Assembly (NCBI GenBank): GCA_965249555.1
Contig: OZ252243.1
Location: 1,568,001-1,632,000 of the forward strand
DNA length: 64,000 nucleotides
Reading direction: 5' to 3'
DNA from: Nitrosopumilus sp.
GTDB taxonomy: Archaea > Thermoproteota > Nitrososphaeria > Nitrososphaerales > Nitrosopumilaceae
The notes below the pieces were generated by a model. The model worked only from the letters and a program-made list of their open reading frames with translations, ran no database searches and was not told where the DNA came from. Below are positions 50,809-60,849 of this stretch, piece by piece. A program made the position numbers and the translations under genes. The first letter of the stretch is position 1. Every line of letters starts with the position of its first letter.

Positions 50809-52553
50809 TGAAGATGTATGGTGGTGACTGGCTTACAAATGCTGCATTAATAGGTTATATTAGAATTCAAAAAAATGGAGGGATCAAACCAAAAATTACA
50901 GATGGATATATTGAGATAACAAAAAAAGATTTAGAGTCATTTGCTGACAGATATTTTAATACCGTTTTAGAGCAATACATGCAAAACTCTTTTGTGCTTA
51001 ACAAAAATAATAGAACAAAGATAATTAAAGAATTAGATGATGAAGAATCAAAAAAGATATTCAACAAGAATCTAGATAATTTTTCTAAAAAATATCAAAA
51101 ACTAATAAAACTTGATTATTCATCCTTTAAAAAATCATCAGACGCACAGGTTCGGCTCTTAAAAGAATATCAAAAAGAATTCAAAAAATTCCTTGGTGAT
51201 GTGGAAAAAGAATTCAAGATAAACAAAGCAATCATTACAACAATATTAAAGAAAAATAATGAAAATATTGAAAAAAAGATTGTCACCATAAATGATAAAT
51301 GCTATAAATTTATTCCAGATTCTCTTAAAAGGTTCTACTTTAATAAAAAGATTATTGGAAATCATAACATTTCAAAAAAATCATCAAGATTTGATGAATT
51401 TGAGAAATACTTTGTAATTCCTGCACTATCGCTACTTGAATGTAACCAGAATGATGGACATGTTACCTGTAAGTTATGTAAGCAAAACAAGATAACATTA
51501 ACCTCTTTTAATGACATACTCATCTCAGAAGGAATGTTCTCATCTACAATAGTTTCAAATGGTAAATTTAAAAACTTTTTTTACAACGGTCAATCTGATT
51601 TATTCATATGTAAAGTATGTGAGCTCTTACTGTTATGTACGTGGGCAGGCTTTAATCTTATTCCATTTAATGCAAGAGATGATGTAAACAAGGCAGATCA
51701 AATCTTTGTAAATACATCAGATCTATTCACTACACTAGAGCAAAATGATGTGGTAAAACAACATAATATAAAAAATGATTATTCATTTAAGGAAACCATC
51801 TATAGATCAGTATTCGAAAACATATTACTACAACAACAGAAATTAAAAAGCAAATGGACTATAGATAATTGTTTTTTTGTGGAATTAAAAACCGTATCAA
51901 AAAAGGATAGTGGCAAACCTGATTTTAGATACTTTCATGTTGGTAAAAATATTGCAGAGTTGTTTACCACTCCAAGTATAATATCTGCATTTAAGACTCT
52001 TAACAAATCAACTCTAATAATTAACAAAAAAACAAAAATCAGTTTATCTAATATGGTAATAGATAAAATGTTATCATCTCAACCGTTAATTGATATATTT
52101 TATATTATGTGCAAACAACATATTAACACACACCAAAATCTAACAAAACAACTTTTTAATATATGTTTGATCTCAGCAATAAGAAGTGTTATTAATAAAA
52201 AATTTGGGAGATATTCAATGAGCCAAGATACTGAACTTGATTCAAAAAAGGTTTATGGTATTTTAAAGGGATTACAAAAAGATGGTTATACTCTTGCTAC
52301 AAAACTGGATAATAACAAAGGAAATTCCAACAAATCAAAATCGTTTTCATATGTATTGCTTGAGGCAATAAGAAATAATAATATGAACAAATTCTTTGAT
52401 GTTCTGACAAAACTTTACATAACTAACAACATGCCCATACCAGATACAATGATCTCAATATTAAATAGAAAAGATATCATCACAACATCAGAAAAGTCAT
52501 ATGCATTTATGTCTGGTTTTTGCTCAAATGTAAAGGAGACTACTGATGAATAA
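50808..52553 (+). CDS. cas8b: Type I-B large subunit Cas8b (Cst1/CXXC-CXXC type)
   Basis: N-terminal DWLTNAALIG motif, CKLC and CKVC pairs, position between cas6 and cas7, and a helical C-terminal domain ending YAFMSGF. Confidence 0.85.
   Translation: MKMYGGDWLTNAALIGYIRIQKNGGIKPKITDGYIEITKKDLESFADRYFNTVLEQYMQNSFVLNKNNRTKIIKELDDEESKKIFNKNLDNFSKKYQKLIKLDYSSFKKSSDAQVRLLKEYQKEFKKFLGDVEKEFKINKAIITTILKKNNENIEKKIVTINDKCYKFIPDSLKRFYFNKKIIGNHNISKKSSRFDEFEKYFVIPALSLLECNQNDGHVTCKLCKQNKITLTSFNDILISEGMFSSTIVSNGKFKNFFYNGQSDLFICKVCELLLLCTWAGFNLIPFNARDDVNKADQIFVNTSDLFTTLEQNDVVKQHNIKNDYSFKETIYRSVFENILLQQQKLKSKWTIDNCFFVELKTVSKKDSGKPDFRYFHVGKNIAELFTTPSIISAFKTLNKSTLIINKKTKISLSNMVIDKMLSSQPLIDIFYIMCKQHINTHQNLTKQLFNICLISAIRSVINKKFGRYSMSQDTELDSKKVYGILKGLQKDGYTLATKLDNNKGNSNKSKSFSYVLLEAIRNNNMNKFFDVLTKLYITNNMPIPDTMISILNRKDIITTSEKSYAFMSGFCSNVKETTDE
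52218..52553 (+). CDS. Putative internally translated Cas11 small subunit (111 aa) within cas8b
   Basis: In-frame ATG (MSQDTELDSKK...) preceded by GGGAG 7 nt upstream. Confidence 0.55.
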   Translation: MSQDTELDSKKVYGILKGLQKDGYTLATKLDNNKGNSNKSKSFSYVLLEAIRNNNMNKFFDVLTKLYITNNMPIPDTMISILNRKDIITTSEKSYAFMSGFCSNVKETTDE

Positions 52554-53559
52554 ACCAAAGGGCTTAACATTAACAATTCTCTTTGAGGGACAATCCCTTA
52601 ATTATGATGAAGGTTATGGTAATCTATCTATACTTAAAAAAATACACCGTGGAGATGGCAAGACATATACATATTCATCAAGACAGTCAATTCGTTATTC
52701 TATATTTACACAAGGTAAAACAGAATTTGGTTGGACTCCATCAGATGTTATTAACTCTGGTAAGGGTGATTCTACTGTAGTGCAATTAACTTCTGCTGTA
52801 TCTGATAGTGAAGAATCTGATCTGTTTGGTTTTATGAGGACAGATGTAGAGTTACCTAATACTAAACTATTATGTACTAGAACTAGAGTTGCACCTGTAA
52901 AAATAACACCTGCAATATCTTTAGAACCATATGATTCAGATATTGAATTTCTCACAAACAAATATCAAGCCGACAAAAAACAACTACAACCGAACATTGC
53001 AAATATTGAAACCCACAAATCATTGTATCGGTATACGATATGTGTTGATTTACACAGAATAGGTTCTGAGTATGATGATATCTCAAACAAAATTATGCCC
53101 CAGAAAAATTATGAAAAGAATAAAGAAAAATTTGATGCTTATATCGGAAAGATAAGAGAAAATGATATTGGAAACAATGCAAAGTCTGATCGTGTCTGTC
53201 AACTATTAGATGTAATATCTACTCTTTATAGGGATATTAGAGGAAGACGTGAGGATTTGAAACCACTGTTTGTGATAGGTGGTGTTTATGATACACTAAA
53301 TCCATTTTTTGTTAATACTGTATTTGTAAAATGGCAATCTGATAAACCCATCATAAATGTAGATTCTTTAAAGCAACAAATTACTGCAAATAATTCAAAG
53401 ATTGCAAAAGATACGTTTGTTGGTATCCGTAATGGAATGTTTGCAAATGATAATGCTGATCTTGTAGATATGTTTGGTGAGTCTTTAGCAGATAATGTTG
53501 GTTCTCCTGAATCCGTATTTGCACATCTCAAAGATAAAGTATTACAATATTACAGTTAA
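52546..53559 (+). CDS. cas7: Cas7 (Cst2/DevR type)
   Basis: SLNYDEG.GN...LKK, SRQSIRY, DLFGFM, R..PVK, and YRYTICVDL.RIG motifs. Confidence 0.92.
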   Translation: MNKPKGLTLTILFEGQSLNYDEGYGNLSILKKIHRGDGKTYTYSSRQSIRYSIFTQGKTEFGWTPSDVINSGKGDSTVVQLTSAVSDSEESDLFGFMRTDVELPNTKLLCTRTRVAPVKITPAISLEPYDSDIEFLTNKYQADKKQLQPNIANIETHKSLYRYTICVDLHRIGSEYDDISNKIMPQKNYEKNKEKFDAYIGKIRENDIGNNAKSDRVCQLLDVISTLYRDIRGRREDLKPLFVIGGVYDTLNPFFVNTVFVKWQSDKPIINVDSLKQQITANNSKIAKDTFVGIRNGMFANDNADLVDMFGESLADNVGSPESVFAHLKDKVLQYYS

Positions 53560-53561
53560 TA

Positions 53562-54275
53562 ATGCAAGCATTAAAACTATGTTTATATCAAACTCAGGCA
53601 GTATATCGCAATCCTGTAAGCAGTGAAGTAATAGAGACATATCCACTTCCTCCTCCATCAACTATTTTGGGTCTGATTTCAACTTTGATAAAAAAACCTC
53701 TTGATGTTGGTGATATTAATATAAGCATTGCAGGCAGCTTTGATACGCTGGTACGTGATTATCAGTGGTACAAAAAATATTCAACAACAAAACCATATCC
53801 TATTTTGGTGCATATATTACAAGATGTAAAGCTGACAATACATATCATGACATATGACAATATAGAACTACTAACTAGAATTAAAGATGCATTTGAGCAA
53901 CCCCCTAGTTTTTTATATTTAGGAAGAGCAGAGGACTTAATCAAGGTAGAATCAATAGATCTAGTCAATATAACATTAAAAAAACCATCAGAATTTACAT
54001 CATTTGTAATTGATGAATCAACATACATTGCAGAACATGATCTAAAAAATATACGTGACAAAGGCATTCCATATTGGCTTGCAACTTTCATACATCCTAA
54101 TATCGTTACTGTTGGAAATGGTAAAAAACAGGAATCAAAATTATTACGTAACTTTGATTGGATTTTGTATAATTATTTTGAAAAAAATACATCCGTGGAA
54201 ACTATTGGTGACAGTCAATTATATAATGATGGAGAGCGATATCTTTGGTGGTCTTTGCCAAATCAAACCCAATAA
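53562..54275 (+). CDS. cas5: Cas5
   Basis: A.YR.P, TYPLPPPSTILG and YLGRAED motifs. Confidence 0.92.
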   Translation: MQALKLCLYQTQAVYRNPVSSEVIETYPLPPPSTILGLISTLIKKPLDVGDINISIAGSFDTLVRDYQWYKKYSTTKPYPILVHILQDVKLTIHIMTYDNIELLTRIKDAFEQPPSFLYLGRAEDLIKVESIDLVNITLKKPSEFTSFVIDESTYIAEHDLKNIRDKGIPYWLATFIHPNIVTVGNGKKQESKLLRNFDWILYNYFEKNTSVETIGDSQLYNDGERYLWWSLPNQTQ

Positions 54276-56476
54276 AAGAACCACAAACATTGTGGACACA
54301 CACAAATCATGTGATCCAAAATGCAAAAAAATTAGAAAAAGAGTATCCAAGACTGGAGTTTTTAGGTGATACTGAACAATATTTTTGGGATGCTCTGAAG
54401 CTTGCATGTATGGCTCATGACATGGGAAAGATTAGTACTCCATTTCAGTATAAAATATGTAAGTCAATAAACAAACAACGTGAGAAACACAATATGGAAT
54501 TATTGTCCGAAGACATGGATTTACTAAAAGCAAAAACACAAAAAATCATAGAGATACCTCATAATATTTTATCACCTGCATTTGTGTTAAAAGAGATAAA
54601 AAGATTTCCAGAAAATATACAGGCTTGCATATGCCAAGCAATTGCATATCATCATAACCGTGGAAAAACCTTTGTAAATAATACGTCATGGCACTATGTT
54701 ATACAGGCAATAAATGCTGACCTCAGACCTGTTGCTGAACAAATAGATGGTATTAAAAATTATTTTTCAGATGAACTTATAGTTGGAGATAAATACAAAC
54801 ATCAATTACTCTATCGTATCTCTAATAATGACATGTTTTATATTATGTTAAAGGGATTTTTACACAGAGCAGACTATTGTGCATCAGCTGATGTACCGAT
54901 ATTAAAGCATGCACCAAACTATACAAAAGAGAAAATAAAAAAACACATACAACAATTCCCAAATCCATGGCAGCTTGATACGTTAAGAAATAATCTTGAT
55001 GAGAACATTATCATGCTTGCAGGAACCGGTATGGGAAAGACTGAATTTGCACTGTATTGGTCTGCTGGTAAAAAGACATTTTACACACTACCAATTAGAA
55101 CTTCAGTAAATGCAATATATGAGAGAGTAAAAAACTCCTTTAAGTTAAATGCAGATGAGGTGGGTCTGTTACATAGCAATGCATCAGAATATCTAAAAAG
55201 CCAAGAAGATAATTCTGAGAACGATAGTATGTCTCAAATATTATCCATTACAGATATTACGCGACAGTTATCAATGCATGTTTCTGTATCTACTGCTGAT
55301 CAGATATTCTCCTCAGTATTTCATTATCCTGGTTATGAGCGAATCCATTCAACTATGGCATACTCTAGAATAATAATAGATGAGCTTCAAGCATACGATC
55401 CTGGAATCATCGCTGCTATACTGCATGGATTAGTTGATTTCTCAAGACTTGGTGCCAAGTTTTGCATAATTACTGCGACCCTACCTGAATTTTGTATAAA
55501 ATATCTTGATGAGAAAATTGGAAATATAACAAAACCAGATAAACAGTACAAAACACATGCCAGACATCAAATAAAGTTAATTGATGATAAGATTGACAGC
55601 ACTCAAGCAGTTGAAATAATTAAGTATCATGCCAAAGATCCAAATAAAAAAATATTGATAATTATTAATACTGTAAAGACTGCAATACAGATGAAAAAAT
55701 TACTGGATAAAGAAGATATTAATGTAAATCTTTTGCATTCTAGATTTACTTTTGAGGATCGAATAAAAAAAGAATCTGATAAAGAGACAGGAATACTATA
55801 TGCAACAAGAGGTGTATGGATTACTACACAAATTGTAGAAGCATCCGTGGACATAGACTTTGATGTCTTAATTACTGAGATATCTACAATGGATTCACAA
55901 ATACAGAGATGGGGGAGAATTTGGAGAAACCGATGTGACAAGTCATACACAATAGATATGCCAAATATCTACATTCTAAGTCAGCCTTCAGATGATGGAT
56001 ATATATACGATAAAGATATAGTGAAAAAGACCTATGATATTTTATCTTCCAGAGAAGGTAAGAAATTATCAGACAAGGAAGCCTATGATATGTTCAACGA
56101 AATATTCTCTGGCGATGCATTGGAGAGTACAAACTATCTTGAATCATTTGAAAAATCAATTAGGATGCTTGAAGAATTAAACTTTGTTGCAGAAAACAAG
56201 AGAGATGCTCAAAAACTATTCAGAGATGTGCCCAACATATCAGTTATACCAAAATCCGTATATGAGAACAACAAAACAGAAATTAATCAAAGTATTATGA
56301 ATCTTCACGGTGGTACTAGGGAAGAAAGAAAAATGGCATTAATGAAAATAAAAAACAAGATTGTATCTATTTCATATCGTGGGAATAATTTACAACTGGA
56401 GACAATTGATCAACAATACAGAATAATGATATCTGATCTTAAATATTCATTTGATTATGGTGTCGAATTATCTTGA
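54245..56476 (+). CDS. cas3: Cas3 HD nuclease-helicase
   Basis: HD motifs (HT, HDMGK, H, YHH, AD), Walker A GTGMGKT, IIDELQ, TAT, LLHSRF and QRWGR. Confidence 0.96.
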   Translation: MVVFAKSNPIKEPQTLWTHTNHVIQNAKKLEKEYPRLEFLGDTEQYFWDALKLACMAHDMGKISTPFQYKICKSINKQREKHNMELLSEDMDLLKAKTQKIIEIPHNILSPAFVLKEIKRFPENIQACICQAIAYHHNRGKTFVNNTSWHYVIQAINADLRPVAEQIDGIKNYFSDELIVGDKYKHQLLYRISNNDMFYIMLKGFLHRADYCASADVPILKHAPNYTKEKIKKHIQQFPNPWQLDTLRNNLDENIIMLAGTGMGKTEFALYWSAGKKTFYTLPIRTSVNAIYERVKNSFKLNADEVGLLHSNASEYLKSQEDNSENDSMSQILSITDITRQLSMHVSVSTADQIFSSVFHYPGYERIHSTMAYSRIIIDELQAYDPGIIAAILHGLVDFSRLGAKFCIITATLPEFCIKYLDEKIGNITKPDKQYKTHARHQIKLIDDKIDSTQAVEIIKYHAKDPNKKILIIINTVKTAIQMKKLLDKEDINVNLLHSRFTFEDRIKKESDKETGILYATRGVWITTQIVEASVDIDFDVLITEISTMDSQIQRWGRIWRNRCDKSYTIDMPNIYILSQPSDDGYIYDKDIVKKTYDILSSREGKKLSDKEAYDMFNEIFSGDALESTNYLESFEKSIRMLEELNFVAENKRDAQKLFRDVPNISVIPKSVYENNKTEINQSIMNLHGGTREERKMALMKIKNKIVSISYRGNNLQLETIDQQYRIMISDLKYSFDYGVELS

Positions 56477-56542
56477 TTATCAAATACTGATGAAAACTAG
56501 GGATTTTTTATAAAATTATAAAATATTTATAGAAATAAAGAA

Positions 56543-56683
56543 TTATCTTTGAAAAAATTCATTTTTTGAAATTCCAGCTTGATCCAAAATTGATTTTAAA
56601 GTTCTTGGTAACTCAAGACATCGTCCGGAATATCCGCCTTCTGATGCCTTTTGAAGTATTATTGTAAACTTTTGTGTAACCAT
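56543..56683 (-). pseudogene. Collapsed hicB-hicA toxin-antitoxin remnant (46-aa in-frame chimera)
   Basis: MVTQKFTIILQKASEGGYSGRCLELP (HicB-like N-terminus) fused to RTLKSILDQAGISKNEFFQR* (HicA-like C-terminus). Confidence 0.7.
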
Positions 56684-56694
56684 TGTTATCTATT

Positions 56695-57834
56695 TGAGAC
56701 ATGGGCATAATCGATTCTCATTTTTAATCGATTTCTCAAATTATTCAAATAGAAAAAGCCAAGGATCTCATCATGTTTTGTTCATTGGAATGATTACAAA
56801 ACAAATAAAAATACCTAGCAAGATTCTATGTGAGTCATTTCTTATTGGTGTTTTGTATCTGGCTGGAACACTATATCTGTATGAGAATGCAATGAGACGG
56901 GGACTACCATATGTCCATTCGACTGTTCTAATGGTGTAATTATTCATCGTAAAGTCATGGATGAGAATTCCAAGTAACAACACACTGCATTATTTTCTCT
57001 CAATCAAATGTACCAATGACAAATTACTCAAGGTTTGCAGATTAAATCCCTGACAGAAGGACAATTGACAGAAGATTTCAATGCTTGCCAATCAATGAAA
57101 TTATTAGCACTGTAGGAGGTTTGTTTGTCTCAGAAGGATTAGTTAATGGTGAATCAGCATCAGTTGATAGTTCAATGCTAAAAGCTTCAGGTCCAGTATG
57201 GCACAAATCAGACATCAAAAAGAATCACTTACCAATTGCAGGAATTGACACAAATGCCAAGTGGGGATTCTCCAAATCAAAGGGTTGGGCGTATGGATAC
57301 AAACTACACATGAGTTGCAGTACAGGAAGGCTAGTTCCATTATCTGCATGTGTAACTGCTGCAAATGTTCATGATAGCAAGCCATATGAAAAATTGATAG
57401 AGTCACTTTCTGGATTGATGAATAACATATGGTGTGATCCGGCATATGATGATTCCAAACTATACGAGTCAACTAAGAATAATGCCATGAGATTAATCTG
57501 TCCAGTCAAAAAATACCATTCTATGCCCACCAGACCGAATAAAGTTGACAGAGTTTTACAATTCAGCAGTTGGTCAGAAATTATATTCTCAGAGAAAAAT
57601 ATCAATTGAAGCACTCTTTGAGATAATCAAGGATACGTTTAGCATTAGAACAGTTCCAATGAAAGGATTTGAGAACGTACAATCATTCGTGCTGATTTGT
57701 ATGTTGGTGTATCAGTTGGCAGTGTATTATAATTGTGTAATTGGAAGTGAGAATCCAAGGATTGTGAAAAGAATGCTTTGTTGTTAGAGAAAAGTTTTGG
57801 TTTTATTTTTGTAAATCATTATGCCCAAGTCTCA
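56695..57834 (+). mobile_element. Decayed IS with DDE_Tnp_1-type (IS4/IS5-like) transposase pseudogene
   Basis: 17-bp TIRs TGAGACATGGGCATAAT / ATTATGCCCAAGTCTCA. Transposase split over several frames (VDSS, AKWG, GYKLH, ANVHD, D.AYD, R..IE..F). No clear TSD; family assignment uncertain. Confidence 0.85.
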
Positions 57835-57838
57835 TATA

Positions 57839-57995
57839 GTTATAGGGTTCTGTCGGGTTATAGGGAGCTGTCATATTGAATTTTCCTTGTAGGGAGAGGC
57901 ATTTTGAATTAGTGTAATCCATTTGTTTCTTCCATCAACTTGTATCAAAGCTTGTTCTGTTGGTGTTTCTCCTTTCAATGCAGGATGTTTCAGTT
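57839..57995 (-). mobile_element. 3' remnant of another transposase plus duplicated end motif
   Basis: Minus strand reads KHPALKGETPTEQALIQVDGRNKWITLIQNAS...*, resembling the H..L.G.TP tail of DDE integrase-type transposases. GTTATAGGG..CTGTC occurs twice (57839, 57857). Confidence 0.55.
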
Positions 57996-58202
57996 GATTG
58001 ATATGTAAATGTTAAATTGTAACAAATTTTATAATTTTCAAATGAGGGTGATTTTATTAGTATTTGCGTATGAAGGTAGTAATGATGTTAATAGTTATAG
58101 AAGTGCACTTTCTTGGCATTTTAATGATAATTCCCTACTAAAAATTACATCAAATTATCTCACACTTGATGAATTAATTCCAATTTTTCATAGTATAATG
58201 AA

Positions 58203-58394
58203 ATGAAGTTTTTAATTTTATTTACGCTTTTATTTTTAATTGGAATGACATACGTTAGTCAAGATGCGTTTGGAATAGCAGGTTGTGATGTTCCTCACTG
58301 TTATGCTTTAGATCAATCCATTAGAACATCCCCTATTGATGGTATAAAATATCAATTAGATTCTCCTGATCTTTACATGAAGAATAGCATGTGA
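58203..58394 (+). pseudogene. Short secreted-protein ORF, probably truncated
   Basis: Signal peptide MKFLILFTLLFLIGMTYVSQDAFG followed by only ~39 residues containing a Cys pair. Confidence 0.45.
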
Positions 58395-58503
58395 CTAAAT
58401 TCGTAATTTTACTATGGATTATGAAAGTTTAGAATTAAAAGAATTACAACTTACATACAAATCAATAGTCAAGTTAATTAGCGATTTTATCATAAATTAA
58501 AGA

Positions 58504-59841
58504 ATGCTTCCTAGGATTAGTTTTGCTTTTATACTAATAACCATAATTGTATTTTTAATATCCACTCAAAACAGCTATGCCCAGACCTATGAACAAAATA
58601 CCATAACTGGAGATTTGACAAATGATCCTGTTGCACAAGATATTTTACAAAAAATAGAGAAAACAAAGAGATGGATTGAACAAATAGAAAAAAGAGCATC
58701 TGATCAAGCAAAGATAGAAGAAAAGAAAAAACAAGTATTGGCAATACTGGATACAAGGCTGCTGGAGCTAGAGCAAAAGTGGGAACAATTTACCTTTGAG
58801 TACAGACTAGAGGAAATGAGGAAAAAAACTAATCCTGATTATATTGAGAATAATTGGCAAAACAATACTGCCGGTATGAACACTTATCAAAAAATAATAG
58901 ATTCAGGAGGAACTCCAGAAGAGGCAAGAGCTGCAGCTATTCAAATCATTACGAGAATGCATGGTATATTTTTGGATAATCTCAATTACACATATTCCAA
59001 AATTAAGGAAGGTCAAAAGGCTATGAAGTTAGTTCTGGATAGAGGAGGAACTGGAAAGGAAGCACAAACAGCATATGCAAAAGCTGCACAAATGAAGATT
59101 TCAGATCTGATGGCAATAAATGCACTAAACAATGTAAAACACAACATGGCATATTATAATCAACAAATTTTATTTGAAGCAGAAGGTCAATTTAACTACT
59201 TAAAGTCAGGAGAATTTCTACAAGAATACTATCAAGACTATAGAGTAAACCCTGCATACATCTCTGCAAATCCCAAAGACACATCATGGAAAATTATTGG
59301 ACAAACTAATGCAGATACAGAATGCAGAGTTGAACAGGTTCTGGTGCACAGACATCACTCAAACGATTATGTATGTACCACTGAGGCCACTGCTGAGATG
59401 TGGGAAAAATATGATGTAGGAAATAGGATGCAAAATACTCTCAACCCATATAATTTGAACATAGAGCAATTACGTGAGGATCGAATTAATTTAAAAGTTG
59501 AGAATGCATACAAAAAACTAAAATCAATCCATACAAGTCATTTGTATAAAATTACAGATCTAGATAAAAAATACAAAGAAATGTATGCTGAAATAAAGTC
59601 TGATAAACAAAGAGAAGAACAATCAGCTACAAATGATAATCAACTTTTGGAAATTCGTGATAGATACCAGACACTTGTCAATGTGATGGCTCAAGACAAA
59701 GAACATTTTATAAAATTAATTCAAAAATCACAAACAAAATCATATCTGGAACTAATATACCTGTATGAAGATGACAAAGATGTCAAAATAATCTGGAATT
59801 CAGATGAAGCAGATTATAAAGTAATTAGAAAACAAACATAG
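58504..59841 (+). CDS. Secreted coiled-coil hypothetical protein (thaumarchaeal type)
   Basis: Signal peptide ending NSYA, helical composition, small C...C module (CRVEQVLVHR...DYVC....AEMW), and an internal GGT.EEA..A-like repeat. Confidence 0.8.
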   Translation: MLPRISFAFILITIIVFLISTQNSYAQTYEQNTITGDLTNDPVAQDILQKIEKTKRWIEQIEKRASDQAKIEEKKKQVLAILDTRLLELEQKWEQFTFEYRLEEMRKKTNPDYIENNWQNNTAGMNTYQKIIDSGGTPEEARAAAIQIITRMHGIFLDNLNYTYSKIKEGQKAMKLVLDRGGTGKEAQTAYAKAAQMKISDLMAINALNNVKHNMAYYNQQILFEAEGQFNYLKSGEFLQEYYQDYRVNPAYISANPKDTSWKIIGQTNADTECRVEQVLVHRHHSNDYVCTTEATAEMWEKYDVGNRMQNTLNPYNLNIEQLREDRINLKVENAYKKLKSIHTSHLYKITDLDKKYKEMYAEIKSDKQREEQSATNDNQLLEIRDRYQTLVNVMAQDKEHFIKLIQKSQTKSYLELIYLYEDDKDVKIIWNSDEADYKVIRKQT

Positions 59842-60046
59842 TATGCAACAAAATCACCTACATAATTTTAGGTCTCCACATTACCCAATAGAAACGGGTA
59901 CCATGGATTACACAGAACCATTTTATAAATAAATATAAAAAGAACTAAACCAATCAGTAAACATATTCTGGTTTTATATGATGCAAAACAAACAACTAAT
60001 ACTTTCAGATAGCATGACTAAAATCATGCGTGTTAAGAGATAATGC

Positions 60047-60111
60047 GGGTGCTGATGATGAGCGGAAAAGCCGTCTGATTTTTGATGAGGATTATGAGTA
60101 ATGAAGCATCC
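60047..60111 (+). ncRNA. Archaeal box C/D guide sRNA
   Basis: Terminal stem GGGTGCT/AGCATCC; C box ATGATGA (60055-61); D' CTGA (60075-78); C' TGATGA (60083-88); D-variant ATGA (60101-04); 13- and 12-nt guides; T-run directly downstream. Confidence 0.85.
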
Positions 60112-60159
60112 TTTTTCAACAAATCTGAAAAGTTTGTTGAATTAAATATTTTTTAGATC

Positions 60160-60849
60160 ATGAAGTTAGGTTCTCTTTTTTCAGGTGGAAAAGACAGCAC
60201 TTTTGCTATCTATCTGGCACAAAAACAAGGACATGAAGTTACATGTCTTCTAAGCATTTTTACAAAGTCTGATGAAAGTCATTTACTACATTACCCCAAT
60301 TTACAATGGACAAAATTACAATCCCAATCTATGAACATTCCTCAATTAACCATTAATTCCAAGTCTGATGAAACTGCTGATGAATTATCTGCACTAGAGA
60401 AATTATTACAAAATGCTAAAGATCAATTCCATATTGAAGGATTGGTTCATGGGGGAATCAAAAGCCAGTTTCAAAAAGAAAAATTTGAGTCTCTTTGCTC
60501 AAAATTAGACTTGGTTGCAGTTACACCATTATGGAATACCGAACCAGAACAATACATGAATGATTTACTAGATTCCAATTTTGTTTTTATTATGATAACT
60601 GTATCTTCTGATGGTTTAGATGACACTTGGTTGGGAAAGTTGATATCAAAATCTGATATTACTACTTTGAAGCATTTGTCTGATAAATTTGGATTCAATT
60701 TGAACTTTGAAGGAGGAGAAGCAGAAACATTTGTGGTTGACTGCCCTCTCTTTTCAAAATCGATCAAAATCAACCAAGCCAAAAAAATATGGGATGGATA
60801 TAGAGGAAGGTTTGAAATAATGGATGCTGGATTGAATTACAATGCTTGA
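60160..60849 (+). CDS. dph6: Diphthine-ammonia ligase-like PP-loop ATPase
   Basis: SGGKDS PP-loop, PLW and EGGEAETFVVDCPLF motifs. Confidence 0.88.
   Translation: MKLGSLFSGGKDSTFAIYLAQKQGHEVTCLLSIFTKSDESHLLHYPNLQWTKLQSQSMNIPQLTINSKSDETADELSALEKLLQNAKDQFHIEGLVHGGIKSQFQKEKFESLCSKLDLVAVTPLWNTEPEQYMNDLLDSNFVFIMITVSSDGLDDTWLGKLISKSDITTLKHLSDKFGFNLNFEGGEAETFVVDCPLFSKSIKINQAKKIWDGYRGRFEIMDAGLNYNA

Noticed and set aside
58009-58206. 65-aa ORF upstream of the short secreted ORF
   Set aside because: AT-rich with no recognisable motif; more likely promoter or intergenic DNA.
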